64,000 nucleotides of DNA from Candidatus Gorgyraea atricola (GTDB lineage Bacteria; Omnitrophota; Gorgyraeia; Gorgyraeales; Gorgyraeaceae). The position numbers and the translations under genes are program-made. This document shows, piece by piece, positions 1-9,514 of this stretch. The DNA lies in the NCBI GenBank assembly GCA_030765235.1, contig JAVCCW010000029.1:76939-140938 (forward strand), written 5' to 3'. Each line of letters begins with the position of its first letter. Position 1 is the first letter of the stretch. The notes below the pieces were generated by a model. It did no database searches. It worked only from the letters and a program-made list of their open reading frames with translations, and was not told the DNA's origin.

Positions 1-12
1 ATAATTGTTTCA

Positions 13-1149
13 TTGTTATCCTCGAATACCCTCCTGTACGCAGATACTATACATCTAAAAAACGGCAGTAAGGTCGAGGGTATTATCACAAAAGAAGACG
101 AGGAGTCTGTCCAGATAAAGATAAATATCGGGGCCACGGTCGCATTTTCAAAAGAAGACATAAAAAGCATAGAAAGAGATTCTGGCGACGCGCATTCTGA
201 AATGAAAAAATCCTGGGAGGATGAGAAGGCAGAAAGAAAAATCGTAGACGTTGATATAGAAAGAAATATAGAGAAAGGCCTTGTTGAATATGAAGGCAAG
301 TGGATCACGCCCGAGAAAAAAGAAAGACTCCAGGCGGCGGATATAGCCGGAGGCGTAAAAAAGGAAGAAAAAAAGAGAAGATTTTCATTTAACGAAGATA
401 ATGAAAAGAGGTCAGATTTCGCGACAAAGCTTCTTAAGAAAGGAAAATGGTTTCTTAAAGAAACAGAGCATTTTTCAATATTCTATACAGACCTGGCCCA
501 GGCAAAGATAGTGAGCGACAAGGCGGAATACTATTTTGAGAAGATAGCGTATGATTTAGGTTACGAGGGCCAGATAAAGTGGAAGACAAAATGCCAGGTA
601 TATATCGTCGAGAGCGTTGATAAATGGAAACCCTTTTTAAAAAAGATAGGGTTTAATCCAGAGTTAGTCGGAGGCTTTGTCCCAAATTATAAAGAAAGAG
701 AAATGTTTCTCTGTGTGCTTTCAGATGGATATCTCGCTGTTACATTTCCGCATGAATTGACTCATCTTATATTCAGGGACATAGCTGGTAAGAGCACTAT
801 CCCATTATGGCTAAATGAGGGGTTGGCGAATTATGAGGCCAGTGTTACCAGTGTTTCCAACGATCTTCTAGTGAAATACATAAAAGAAGGGACCCATATA
901 CTGCTTGGTGATTTATTGCGCATTGGAACTTATCCTGAAGGAAAAAAGATGAGAGAGCTTTTTTATGCCCAGTCAGAAAAATTAGTGGAATTTCTCATCA
1001 CTCAGCATGGCAGAAAGAAATTCAGAAAATTCTGCGATCTTATATTAAAGGACAAGTCCTTTAAGGATTCGCTTTTTAGCCCTTATAAGGGGGACTTTGA
1101 AGACCTGGAGGATTTTAATATACAACTTGTGGAGTATATTGTAAAGTAA
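13..1149 (+). CDS. Peptidase MA-like (zincin) domain protein, probably exported; 5' end may lie upstream of the window
   Basis: HELTH motif followed by PLWLNEGLANY; N-terminal DTIHLKNGxxVEG module. Confidence 0.7.
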   Translation: MLSSNTLLYADTIHLKNGSKVEGIITKEDEESVQIKINIGATVAFSKEDIKSIERDSGDAHSEMKKSWEDEKAERKIVDVDIERNIEKGLVEYEGKWITPEKKERLQAADIAGGVKKEEKKRRFSFNEDNEKRSDFATKLLKKGKWFLKETEHFSIFYTDLAQAKIVSDKAEYYFEKIAYDLGYEGQIKWKTKCQVYIVESVDKWKPFLKKIGFNPELVGGFVPNYKEREMFLCVLSDGYLAVTFPHELTHLIFRDIAGKSTIPLWLNEGLANYEASVTSVSNDLLVKYIKEGTHILLGDLLRIGTYPEGKKMRELFYAQSEKLVEFLITQHGRKKFRKFCDLILKDKSFKDSLFSPYKGDFEDLEDFNIQLVEYIVK

Positions 1150-1151
1150 TC

Positions 1152-1185
1152 GCCCCGAACCACTCACTTCGTTCGGGTACGGGGC
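1152..1185. repeat. GCCCCG...CGGGGC-ended hairpin repeat
   Basis: gccccgaaccactcacttcgttcgggtacggggc; similar copy at 19606-19638. Confidence 0.65.
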
Positions 1186-1219
1186 ACGCGGAACTTACGC
1201 GGAAGAAAAGGAGGAAAAT

Positions 1220-1576
1220 ATGTTTATAAGATTAATTTTATTGGTAGGAGTTGTTTTAATCTTTGCAGGCTGTGCGGATGTAAAAACGCCTACGGCGCAA
1301 TACGCATTGACACATCCCCTTAGCACAAAGACAATGGTCGTCTCTGGTACGAGCAAGGAAGAGGTGATCGAGAAGTGGGGAGAGCCCAATGACGTAATAG
1401 ACATGGGATTCGATGACACAGGACTCAAGAAAGAGGCATGGATATATGAGGCGTGGTTCCCGAACATGCCGCTTGACCACAGGCATTTCTCGAGAAGGAA
1501 GAAGATCTATTTTATAGGAGATCATGTTACAGGATATGAAGATATAGAAGACGTAAATGAGAAGGAGAAAGAATGA
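1220..1576 (+). CDS. Lipoprotein, SmpA/OmlA/BamE-like domain
   Basis: Lipobox IFAGC; GTSKEEVIEKWGEP motif; GGAGG RBS. Confidence 0.65.
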   Translation: MFIRLILLVGVVLIFAGCADVKTPTAQYALTHPLSTKTMVVSGTSKEEVIEKWGEPNDVIDMGFDDTGLKKEAWIYEAWFPNMPLDHRHFSRRKKIYFIGDHVTGYEDIEDVNEKEKE

Positions 1577-2469
1577 AGAAGCTATTATTGATAGTTTTAG
1601 TTTGTTTTTTTATTATTCCAACAGTAGTATCTGCTAAGGAATCACAGGAGGAACTTAAGACATATTTAACTCAAATGCACAGGATAGTTATGGAGGTAGA
1701 GGCAGCAATACGGATGATCAGCCTTAATCCCTTAGTAAGTGAATCTGTGACAGGGCAGATATCCAGATCTATAGAGAAGTTTGAAAACCTGAAATCACCT
1801 GTGGTTTTTTCAACAGATCATAATTCCATGCTTACTTCATTTAAACTCATAAGAGACGGACTAACGTTTATATTAAAACCTAACAAGAAACAAGAATCAG
1901 TGGATCTTGTAAAAAAAGGGGCAGATCTTCTAAGGAAGGCAGCTATGAATATAAAGACAAGGGCCGAGCAAGAAGGCCTTATACCCGAGAAGACGACTTC
2001 CACGACGTCTAAAAAAACTAGCTTACCTTCGCAGGCTCCATCAATGATCGCAGGTACACCGCCTATGCCTTCACCTCATATTGCTTCTCCTCAGATAGAG
2101 ACTATACTGACAACTACTACGATTAAGCCTTCTGCCAGTATTAGTGTGTCAGATACTGCAGGTGTATCTGCTATCCCAGCTATTAAAGTAGATTCACAGG
2201 GGGGTTCGGATCAGCCTGCTGTCTTGGCTGCGATTGGTGAAATAGCATCTGTGAAGTCGCAGGAAGATTATTTTATTGTAGAAATTTTGGATAATAATGG
2301 AAATAGCTTAGAAGTTGATATCACGCCAGGGCAGTCTACTATATTAAAAAATCATATCAGCGCAAATCCTCTTGATATCACAACAGGGTCTTCTGTTCAC
2401 GTGCTTTATACCCAAAAAGACAATAGAAATCTTGCAGGATTTGTCAATATTTTGGGATCTACTGATTAG
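1573..2469 (+). CDS. Secreted hypothetical protein with Pro/Ser/Thr-rich linker
   Basis: Signal peptide ending VSA; ATGA overlap with the upstream gene. Confidence 0.7.
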   Translation: MKKLLLIVLVCFFIIPTVVSAKESQEELKTYLTQMHRIVMEVEAAIRMISLNPLVSESVTGQISRSIEKFENLKSPVVFSTDHNSMLTSFKLIRDGLTFILKPNKKQESVDLVKKGADLLRKAAMNIKTRAEQEGLIPEKTTSTTSKKTSLPSQAPSMIAGTPPMPSPHIASPQIETILTTTTIKPSASISVSDTAGVSAIPAIKVDSQGGSDQPAVLAAIGEIASVKSQEDYFIVEILDNNGNSLEVDITPGQSTILKNHISANPLDITTGSSVHVLYTQKDNRNLAGFVNILGSTD

Positions 2470-2805
2470 ATGCTGGATATTTCAAGAACCGAGAGATCTA
2501 TTATTTTGGCATTTCTTGTCATGGGCCTGCTTTATGCAGGCCTTTCTTATTATGTAAAGACAAAGACTAACTCTGAGATTAAGACAGTTCACATTGACGA
2601 ATCCCGCTTTTTAATCAATATCAACACAGCTGATAAATTTGAGTTAGAACGCCTTCCTGGCATAGGCCCGGTCATGGCAGGAGATATTGTAGCGTATAGA
2701 GAGACAATAGGGGAATTTACAGGCATAGAACAGCTCAAGGACATAAAAGGCATAGGTGATAAGAAGTTCGAGAAGATGAAGGAGATAGTAACTATAAATG
2801 AATAA
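2470..2805 (+). CDS. comEA: ComEA-family helix-hairpin-helix DNA-binding protein
   Basis: N-terminal TM; ININTA...LERLPGIGP...IKGIG HhH motifs. Confidence 0.9.
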   Translation: MLDISRTERSIILAFLVMGLLYAGLSYYVKTKTNSEIKTVHIDESRFLININTADKFELERLPGIGPVMAGDIVAYRETIGEFTGIEQLKDIKGIGDKKFEKMKEIVTINE

Positions 2806-2840
2806 AGGAGTTATAGATACCTTTCCTCGATGAAAAATTA

Positions 2841-2869
2841 TTGACAAAAAGGTTTTTTTGTAGTATATT
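2841..2869 (+). promoter_or_regulatory. sigma70-type promoter of the 709-aa orphan
   Basis: TTGACA-17 nt-TATATT. Confidence 0.7.
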
Positions 2870-2915
2870 ATAAATAGATTATAAATATAATTAAGAATAG
2901 TCTTGCTGCTACAGG

Positions 2916-5045
2916 ATGAGGAGGAAAATCGTGTATAAAAAGCTAAATAAAATCATAGCTGTAATGATCTTGGCAATGTTTGTTTTTACCAACACAAGTT
3001 CTGCAGCCCTAAATGCTGGTACTCTAAGGATTCCTCTGGAGCTAAAGAGAGAAGAATTAAAACCCGATCTTGATTCTCAAACTACATATTTTCTTAATAT
3101 CCTCACGGCCATAGAAAAAGTTATTGATAAGAACTCTTTCCTAAAAAAAACCATACCTGGTAATTTTATTGAGACAATAAAAAGTAATGCACAGCAGCAA
3201 TCTTTTACCATTAATATGCTCAGTTTATATGTACAAAAGTATGACTGGATAATAAATGATTATATTAAACGCAAAGGGGTGGACAAACAAGTGGTACTTA
3301 ATGAAGTACAAAATGATATATATAAACCAATAATCGGATGTTTAGTTAAAATATCCAAACGTATACAAAATGACGATCTCGTGCCTAATGCAGTAAGCGG
3401 GTTAAATTTATCTATGAAGGATAATTTCGAACCCGCAGTTAACATAAAGAGGGAAGCAAGACTTGAATTATTGGGTATGAAGGGTGATCCCTGGCATGAT
3501 GGACATGTGTGGATGATACTGAATCTATTGGCTGATGGCGCTGATTTTGTGTCAGTTATGTTAGATAACAGCGATCCGGAACGTAAAGTTAATTTAACAG
3601 GGTTGCCTATAAGAGAAGCGGATTTCAAAGCCCTATTAAATGCAATGCAACCATTTGTCGGATATACTACTGTACAACGCGAAGATAAAAACTTATTCGC
3701 TGCTGATGCAGAAACCATATTTCCTGGATTGATCTATTTAAGGCGTAAAATTGCAGAGCTCATTAGAAATGGCTATAATGCAGGATTTGACCATTTTAAC
3801 TGGTTAAACACTAAGCATGAATATGTTCAACTCGATGTCCCATCCAAACTATGTCATGTCGTAACTAAACTTTTCAATTTGGGAATTAATGCAAAAATTA
3901 ATGTTAGATTTCATCATCGCGAAGGCGATAAAGTGGATGATCCTGAAATTATGGGAAAAGATAGAATTTTTGCAATGGAGGCAACAGCCAATAGAAACAT
4001 TATAGAATTTTTATCTGAATCTGCAGGAAAATTAGTCGAAGAAAAAATAGGTAAGGGAAAAGATGTGGCGTCATGGCAAAAGATATCTGAAGAAGTTAAT
4101 TCATGGAAGGAGAGAAAGATAAAAGATCTGGAAAGTTCTTTGAATGTGTTACAAGAAAAATATTATAAAGAATGGTTTATGCAAGGGAGAGAATTACTTT
4201 CGGATCCGTCTAGAAGTCCAGATCTAAAAACATGGCTAGATAGACTTGATTTATCAATGGATTCGATGAAAGGCATGAATTCACTACAGACTCTTTTGGA
4301 TTCTAAAACAGAGTCTATGCAGCAAGAGGTAATCAATGCCCTTAATCACCACATAAAGGCTCTACACATGAGCTTCGAAGTAGTTGATCAGCCAATGGAT
4401 GCTTCTTCTACAGGGGTAAGAGAACGTGGCGAGAATTATGCAGTGCCGCTATCTATTGTGCCTACATTAGAAGCGTTACAACGTTATCCTGCTTATATTA
4501 AATCTGAAACAGTGGAGACTGATAAGAAAATAACAACTGATATATTGGCAGATCTGATTGATCTTGACATTTTAAGTCTTGATAGTAGCAAAGGGATAAG
4601 AAAAGGAGAAATAATAGCTCATCTTGGCAAGAGCTTACCAGATTATGTTGATATTGATGTTTTGTTGAATAAACTTAACGAGCGCCTATCAAAAGGTCAA
4701 GACAAAAGCGCATTTTTATTTGTCACAAACACAGCATATGATACTGCTTTAGAGAAGTTTCAACGTTTATTAAGTTCTGCATACGGAAATGCCCTGCATG
4801 CAGTAGATAGTTATATAGTTAAATGTATGAATGATAAAAAATTTACAGATGAATTTGCAGCAGCTCGTGAAATTCCATCAGTAGATCTGGCTATAGATAA
4901 GCTCGATTCATTACGCGATCTTCTCATTAAAAATAGAGCTGATGAAATCTGCGTAACAGCTCGTAAATCATGGAATCCTACTTCACTCATTGAGAGAGTT
5001 AAGAATATCAAAAAATCTGGAAACGAAATAGGCAATAAGATATAA
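2916..5045 (+). CDS. Signal-peptide orphan with HxGH nucleotidyltransferase-like (NadD/CoaD superfamily) motifs
   Basis: Signal peptide then TLRIP; KGDPWHDGH and DASSTGVR motifs; AT-rich. Confidence 0.6.
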   Translation: MRRKIVYKKLNKIIAVMILAMFVFTNTSSAALNAGTLRIPLELKREELKPDLDSQTTYFLNILTAIEKVIDKNSFLKKTIPGNFIETIKSNAQQQSFTINMLSLYVQKYDWIINDYIKRKGVDKQVVLNEVQNDIYKPIIGCLVKISKRIQNDDLVPNAVSGLNLSMKDNFEPAVNIKREARLELLGMKGDPWHDGHVWMILNLLADGADFVSVMLDNSDPERKVNLTGLPIREADFKALLNAMQPFVGYTTVQREDKNLFAADAETIFPGLIYLRRKIAELIRNGYNAGFDHFNWLNTKHEYVQLDVPSKLCHVVTKLFNLGINAKINVRFHHREGDKVDDPEIMGKDRIFAMEATANRNIIEFLSESAGKLVEEKIGKGKDVASWQKISEEVNSWKERKIKDLESSLNVLQEKYYKEWFMQGRELLSDPSRSPDLKTWLDRLDLSMDSMKGMNSLQTLLDSKTESMQQEVINALNHHIKALHMSFEVVDQPMDASSTGVRERGENYAVPLSIVPTLEALQRYPAYIKSETVETDKKITTDILADLIDLDILSLDSSKGIRKGEIIAHLGKSLPDYVDIDVLLNKLNERLSKGQDKSAFLFVTNTAYDTALEKFQRLLSSAYGNALHAVDSYIVKCMNDKKFTDEFAAAREIPSVDLAIDKLDSLRDLLIKNRADEICVTARKSWNPTSLIERVKNIKKSGNEIGNKI

Positions 5046-5053
5046 TAGAGGGT

Positions 5054-6610
5054 GTGAATAAGCGTCCGCTTGCTGTAATTGCGATTTTCTTTGCATTAGG
5101 TATTGTCATTGCTAAGTTTTTGCCTGATTCTGTTCTATTTCCGCATGTATTCGTAGTTAGTTTAATCTTCATTTTATCGTCTTTACTTCTCACTCTACGT
5201 AGGCCAGGTTTAAACCTGGCCTACGGTGTAGATGGGGCGAGAAGAAAAGCCTCAAATATCCTTTTACTTTTATCAATAGCTTCATTCGCGATGCTTCTGT
5301 ATATCAATTCAAATATCTTTCCGAATAATCACATCAGCAATTTCTTAGGAGAGGAAAAACTCAAAACAGAGATAGTCGGCACTATCAAAAGCCCTGCATT
5401 GACGCGGAAGCCGTATTATGGGAAAATTAACTCGACGTATATATTCGACTTAGAAGCCATGCTGGTGAACGGTGAACGGTTTACGGTTAACGGATTAAGT
5501 CAGATAAGGATACAGACGGAAAAAGACTATCAATATGGCGATAGATTGCTTGTTAGAGGGACGATAAAAAGACCGTTCAATAGTGTCATTGCGAGCGAAG
5601 CGAAGCAATCTCAAGAAAAAGAGATTGCTTCGGCTGCTTCGCCCCGTTCCAAATCAGAGATTTGGAACGGGGCTTCGCAGCCTCGCAATGACAAGAGGAG
5701 TTTTGATTACCGAGGATTTCTCGAACGACAAAACATCTTTGCCCTTATAAACACAAGAGAGAATAATATTACTGTCCTATCTCACGATTACAAATCAAAT
5801 CCTATCCTGAGATATGCGTATTTACTCCGCGACAAACTGAAAAATCAAATCATTGATAAGATGCCTTTGGATAGCGGCGCTTTTTTAAGGGCGATTCTTC
5901 TGGGAGATCGCTCAGAATTGCCAAAACATGTTCGGGATTCATTTAAAAACTCAGGTACTATACATGTCCTGGCAATAAGCGGTCTGCATATTGGGATTAT
6001 TGCGCTTATGATCCTTTATCTTTTTAGGCTCTTGAGGGTCAGGAGGGAATTTTCTTACGGATTAACAATAATATTTTTGATATTTTTTGCGCTTCTTACG
6101 CTTTCAAGGCCATCAGTAGTAAGGGCAGTGGTTATGGCATCTATATTTCTTATAGGTATGCTTTTGGGGAAAAAGGTGGATGTGTATAATTCTTTGGGCG
6201 CAGCAGCGCTTTTTATATTGGTCAGGAATCCTAAGGATATTTCCAATATCGGGTTCCAGCTTTCTTTTGCGGCCGTTCTTTCTATATTGTTCTTTACGCC
6301 CAAATTCATGAGGCTTGTGAAGGAGGGGACGAATTTCTATATAAAGAGATTCTTGTATACACCTCTGGCAGTCTCAATATCAGCGTGGGCTGCAACAGCT
6401 CCTTTAATATGGTATTACTTCAAGATCACGACACCCATTGCCATTATCGCTAATCTCTTTATAATACCTGGCCTTTTTGCATTATTGATAGGCGGTCTGA
6501 GTTTTCTATTGCTGGGCTGGGTACCATTTATAGGAGATCTTCTGGCAGGCCTTAATGATTTTCTGTGTCAGGTGATCTTTTTTCTCACAACCTTCTTTGC
6601 ATCCTTTTAA
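5054..6610 (+). CDS. comEC: ComEC/Rec2 competence protein without C-terminal MBL domain, carrying in-frame repeat insertions
   Basis: HVLAISGLHIG, PSVVRA and GFQLSFAAV motifs; GTG start. Confidence 0.9.
   Translation: MNKRPLAVIAIFFALGIVIAKFLPDSVLFPHVFVVSLIFILSSLLLTLRRPGLNLAYGVDGARRKASNILLLLSIASFAMLLYINSNIFPNNHISNFLGEEKLKTEIVGTIKSPALTRKPYYGKINSTYIFDLEAMLVNGERFTVNGLSQIRIQTEKDYQYGDRLLVRGTIKRPFNSVIASEAKQSQEKEIASAASPRSKSEIWNGASQPRNDKRSFDYRGFLERQNIFALINTRENNITVLSHDYKSNPILRYAYLLRDKLKNQIIDKMPLDSGAFLRAILLGDRSELPKHVRDSFKNSGTIHVLAISGLHIGIIALMILYLFRLLRVRREFSYGLTIIFLIFFALLTLSRPSVVRAVVMASIFLIGMLLGKKVDVYNSLGAAALFILVRNPKDISNIGFQLSFAAVLSILFFTPKFMRLVKEGTNFYIKRFLYTPLAVSISAWAATAPLIWYYFKITTPIAIIANLFIIPGLFALLIGGLSFLLLGWVPFIGDLLAGLNDFLCQVIFFLTTFFASF
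5199..5224. repeat. GTAG-tagged REP-like palindrome (family A), in frame in comEC
   Basis: GTAGGCCAGGTTTAAACCTGGCCTAC, read as RRPGLNLAY. Confidence 0.9.
5584..5693. repeat. TGTCATTGCGAG...CTCGCAATGACA palindromic element with nested hairpin, in frame in comEC
   Basis: 12-bp terminal inverted repeats; internal hairpins; encodes VIASEAKQS...QPRND. Confidence 0.85.
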
Positions 6611-6613
6611 ACA

Positions 6614-6639
6614 GTAGGCCAGGTTTAAACCTGGCCTAC
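6614..6639. repeat. Family A REP-like palindrome
   Basis: Exact 26-bp copy 3 nt after the comEC stop. Confidence 0.9.
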
Positions 6640-6663
6640 ACTACACTACTGAACAGGTCTAAG

Positions 6664-6692
6664 TTGACATTGATATTGAGGTGTGGTAAGAT
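6664..6692 (+). promoter_or_regulatory. sigma70-type promoter, possibly giving a leaderless bamD mRNA
   Basis: TTGACA-17 nt-TAAGAT with extended -10 TG; ATG 7 nt downstream. Confidence 0.6.
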
Positions 6693-6699
6693 TTAACAC

Positions 6700-7644
6700 A
6701 TGAAGAGACTAAGTATTATAGCTTTAATATTGCTTATATATCATATATTAGTGGCGCCGGCGTTTGCCTTCTGGGTGTGGACGCCTGAGAGCGGCAAGTG
6801 GGAGAACCCTAAGTACGCGGCCAAGGATACGCCTGAGGAGCAGCTGCAGCATGCCATAGGTTTCTACGAGGTCAAGAATTACAAGCTAGCCCTAAAGGAG
6901 TTCAAGAAGTTAATAAAGTATTACTCTCTTGCTAAAGAGGCACCCTCTGCGCAGTATTATGTAGGCCGCATCATGGAAGACCTGGATAAGCCATACGATG
7001 CATTTAAGGCATATCAAAAGGTAATAGACCTTTACCCTTATACAGATTTTGTGGATGAAGTTATCGAGAGACAATTTAAGATAGGTAATATGTTTTTGGC
7101 TGGCAAAAAAGTACAGATCCTGGGACCTCTAAAGATGCCGGCCAAGGATAAGGCAATAGAGATATTCAAGGCAGTGGCTGATACTTCTCCATATGGAAAG
7201 TACGCGGACCAGGCAGTGTTTAAGACGGGGCAGGCATATAAAGACATAGCTGATTATGACAGCGCTATAATGAGCTTCAAAGAGGTCATAGATAAATATC
7301 CTAATTCTGAACTTGTTGATACAGCGAGATATCAGCTGGCAGAGTGCTCAAAGTTATTGTCGTTAAGGCCTGAATATGATCAAACGCCTACAATAGCTGC
7401 CAGGGAGGAGTTCGAAGAGTTCATAGAGAAATATCCTGAAAGTGAGATGTCAGAGGATGCCAGGGAGATAGTTGATAAACTTAGAAATAGAGAGGCAGAG
7501 AACGGGTATAAGGTAGCGCAATTTTATGAATCAAGGCGCATGAATGAGAGCGCGGTTATATATTATGAGGATATAATTAGAAGTTATCCTGATACGCAGT
7601 GGGCCAAAAAAGCCCAGGAGAGATTAAATGAGATTAAGAAGTAG
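6700..7644 (+). CDS. bamD: BamD-like TPR outer membrane assembly protein
   Basis: Signal peptide, TPR repeats, DQTPT...A...F..FI.KYP.S pattern. Confidence 0.75.
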   Translation: MKRLSIIALILLIYHILVAPAFAFWVWTPESGKWENPKYAAKDTPEEQLQHAIGFYEVKNYKLALKEFKKLIKYYSLAKEAPSAQYYVGRIMEDLDKPYDAFKAYQKVIDLYPYTDFVDEVIERQFKIGNMFLAGKKVQILGPLKMPAKDKAIEIFKAVADTSPYGKYADQAVFKTGQAYKDIADYDSAIMSFKEVIDKYPNSELVDTARYQLAECSKLLSLRPEYDQTPTIAAREEFEEFIEKYPESEMSEDAREIVDKLRNREAENGYKVAQFYESRRMNESAVIYYEDIIRSYPDTQWAKKAQERLNEIKK

Positions 7645-8173
7645 TTTTTATCTCTTGTCCCTTGTCCCATGTCTCTTGTCCCTAACAAGCTGTGGCTACA
7701 CCACGAAAACCACCCTTCCGAACGATATAAAAACAATTCAGGTCGCTATATTCAAAAACAAGATCGATATAACAAAAGAGGTAAGCGCAAAGGATAAGTA
7801 TGAGGTCTACAGGCCAAATCTCGAAGTGGATCTCAGGGACGAGATCGTAAATAGAGTGTTTCTGGATGGACATTTAAAGGTGGCCTCAGGGAATGTCGCA
7901 AATGCTATTCTCTCAGGCGAGATCACGCAATACAGAAAAGACCCATTGAGATATCAAAATGAAGAAGTGCGTGAATACAGGATAAGCCTGGTATGTGATT
8001 TTAAATTAATAGATTCCAGGAATGGAGAAGTGTTGATAGAGGAAGATAGTATTACAGGAGATACGACTTATTTTACCACTGGCACGCTTCAGAAGAGCGA
8101 GACAGCTGCCTTAACCGATGCAATGCAGGATCTCGCTAGAAGAGTAGTTAATAGAGTAGTTGAGAACTGGTAA
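7628..8173 (+). CDS. lptE: LptE-family lipoprotein
   Basis: Lipobox LTSCGY; located before holA. Confidence 0.75.
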   Translation: MRLRSSFYLLSLVPCLLSLTSCGYTTKTTLPNDIKTIQVAIFKNKIDITKEVSAKDKYEVYRPNLEVDLRDEIVNRVFLDGHLKVASGNVANAILSGEITQYRKDPLRYQNEEVREYRISLVCDFKLIDSRNGEVLIEEDSITGDTTYFTTGTLQKSETAALTDAMQDLARRVVNRVVENW

Positions 8174-8179
8174 TAAAAA

Positions 8180-9139
8180 ATGCCCACCAAAATATTCCCC
8201 GCGTATCTTTTTCTTGGCGAAGAGGGTTTTTTAAAGCAAGAGGCGATCGAGAAACTGAAGTCGACTCTTTTGGATAAAAACACCCAGGATCTTAACTACA
8301 ATACATTTTACGCTAAGGACAAGAATTTTAACGTCAGTCAGATGCTTGACGATCTTGATACCATGCCGTTTTTATCAAAGAGGAGGCTGGTGATATTAAA
8401 GGAGGCTGATTCTGTAACCGTATCCGCAAAGACATCGATCCTTTCTTATCTGGAGAGTCCGAGGGAAAGCTCTGTTTTTGTTATTGAAAGCGATCTGCCT
8501 GCAATAAAGGGTGATTTTCTTTTAAAGGCCTCAAAGGCCGCGCACCTGATCTATCACAGGAAGCTGACAGACTCTAGCATCAATACATGGCTTGTTAAAA
8601 GAGCAGGCCTTGCCGGCAAAAAGATCTCCACAGAGGCCATTGACGCAATAAAAGAAAACCTGCCGAATGATCTCAGGGTGATCTCTTCCAATATGGATAA
8701 CATAATCCTCTATGTTGGCAAGAGGCCATTGATAAAAAAGCAGGATATTGAGAATATTGTAGGAGTGAGCCCTTCGCATACTGCCTTTGATCTTATAGAT
8801 GCTATAGGAGAGAAGGATGCTAAAAGAGCGCTGCGTATATTTTCTACTCTTAAGAGAGACAAGAAAAGGGAAACAGAGCTTTTAGGGCTTTTGGCATGGA
8901 ATGCGAGGATGCTTTTAAGGATAAAGGAGCTTTTCAGGATCAAGAATAATATGGAGATGCGTCAGGATCTTGACCTGAGCCCAAGGGTATTTGAGAGGAT
9001 CCTGCGTCACGCGTCTATGCTGAAGAAAAAAGAGATCCTCGCGCTGCTGGACGAGATACTCCGCTCAGACCTTGCTATAAAAACAGGCACTTCTCCTGGC
9101 GCTGTGATAGAGAGATTAATCGTAAGGATGTGTATCTAA
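8180..9139 (+). CDS. holA: DNA polymerase III delta subunit
   Basis: YLFLGEE, TMPFLSKRRLVI and DLAIKTG motifs. Confidence 0.9.
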   Translation: MPTKIFPAYLFLGEEGFLKQEAIEKLKSTLLDKNTQDLNYNTFYAKDKNFNVSQMLDDLDTMPFLSKRRLVILKEADSVTVSAKTSILSYLESPRESSVFVIESDLPAIKGDFLLKASKAAHLIYHRKLTDSSINTWLVKRAGLAGKKISTEAIDAIKENLPNDLRVISSNMDNIILYVGKRPLIKKQDIENIVGVSPSHTAFDLIDAIGEKDAKRALRIFSTLKRDKKRETELLGLLAWNARMLLRIKELFRIKNNMEMRQDLDLSPRVFERILRHASMLKKKEILALLDEILRSDLAIKTGTSPGAVIERLIVRMCI

Positions 9140-9210
9140 CTTTACTTGGCAAGGCTGGACCTCGGCTTTTTTTAAAAAAAGCCGAGGTCCAGCCTTGCCA
9201 AGTAAAGTTA
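9137..9210. repeat. 74-bp perfect palindrome (family B), probable bidirectional terminator
   Basis: TAACTTTACTTGGCAAGGCTGGACCTCGGC-T7-A7-reverse complement; contains the stops of both convergent genes. Confidence 0.9.
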
Positions 9211-9468
9211 AGCGGTTTTTAGCTTTTTTGAGAGACGGGCAATTTTGCGCGAGGCAGTGTTCTTGTGGATAATGCCTTTTGAACTTGCCCTGTCGAGCGT
9301 TGAGATGAGGACATTGAGCTGTTTCTTTGCCTCATCCAGTTTTTTTGCAGACACAAGATCTATAAATTTCTTTGTCTCAGTCTTTAAAAGAGACTTTATA
9401 GACAGATTCCGCGCGGTCCTTCTTTTGGTTACCTTGATACTCTTGTAAGCAGCATGTAGTATTGGCAT
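9208..9468 (-). CDS. rpsT: 30S ribosomal protein S20
   Basis: KGIIHKNTASRKIARL motif; AAGGAG RBS. Confidence 0.95.
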   Translation of the reverse strand: MPILHAAYKSIKVTKRRTARNLSIKSLLKTETKKFIDLVSAKKLDEAKKQLNVLISTLDRASSKGIIHKNTASRKIARLSKKLKTA

Positions 9469-9514
9469 CATTTCTCCTTTTTAGTGTAAGATAAGATAAC
9501 ATAATAGGACGCAT

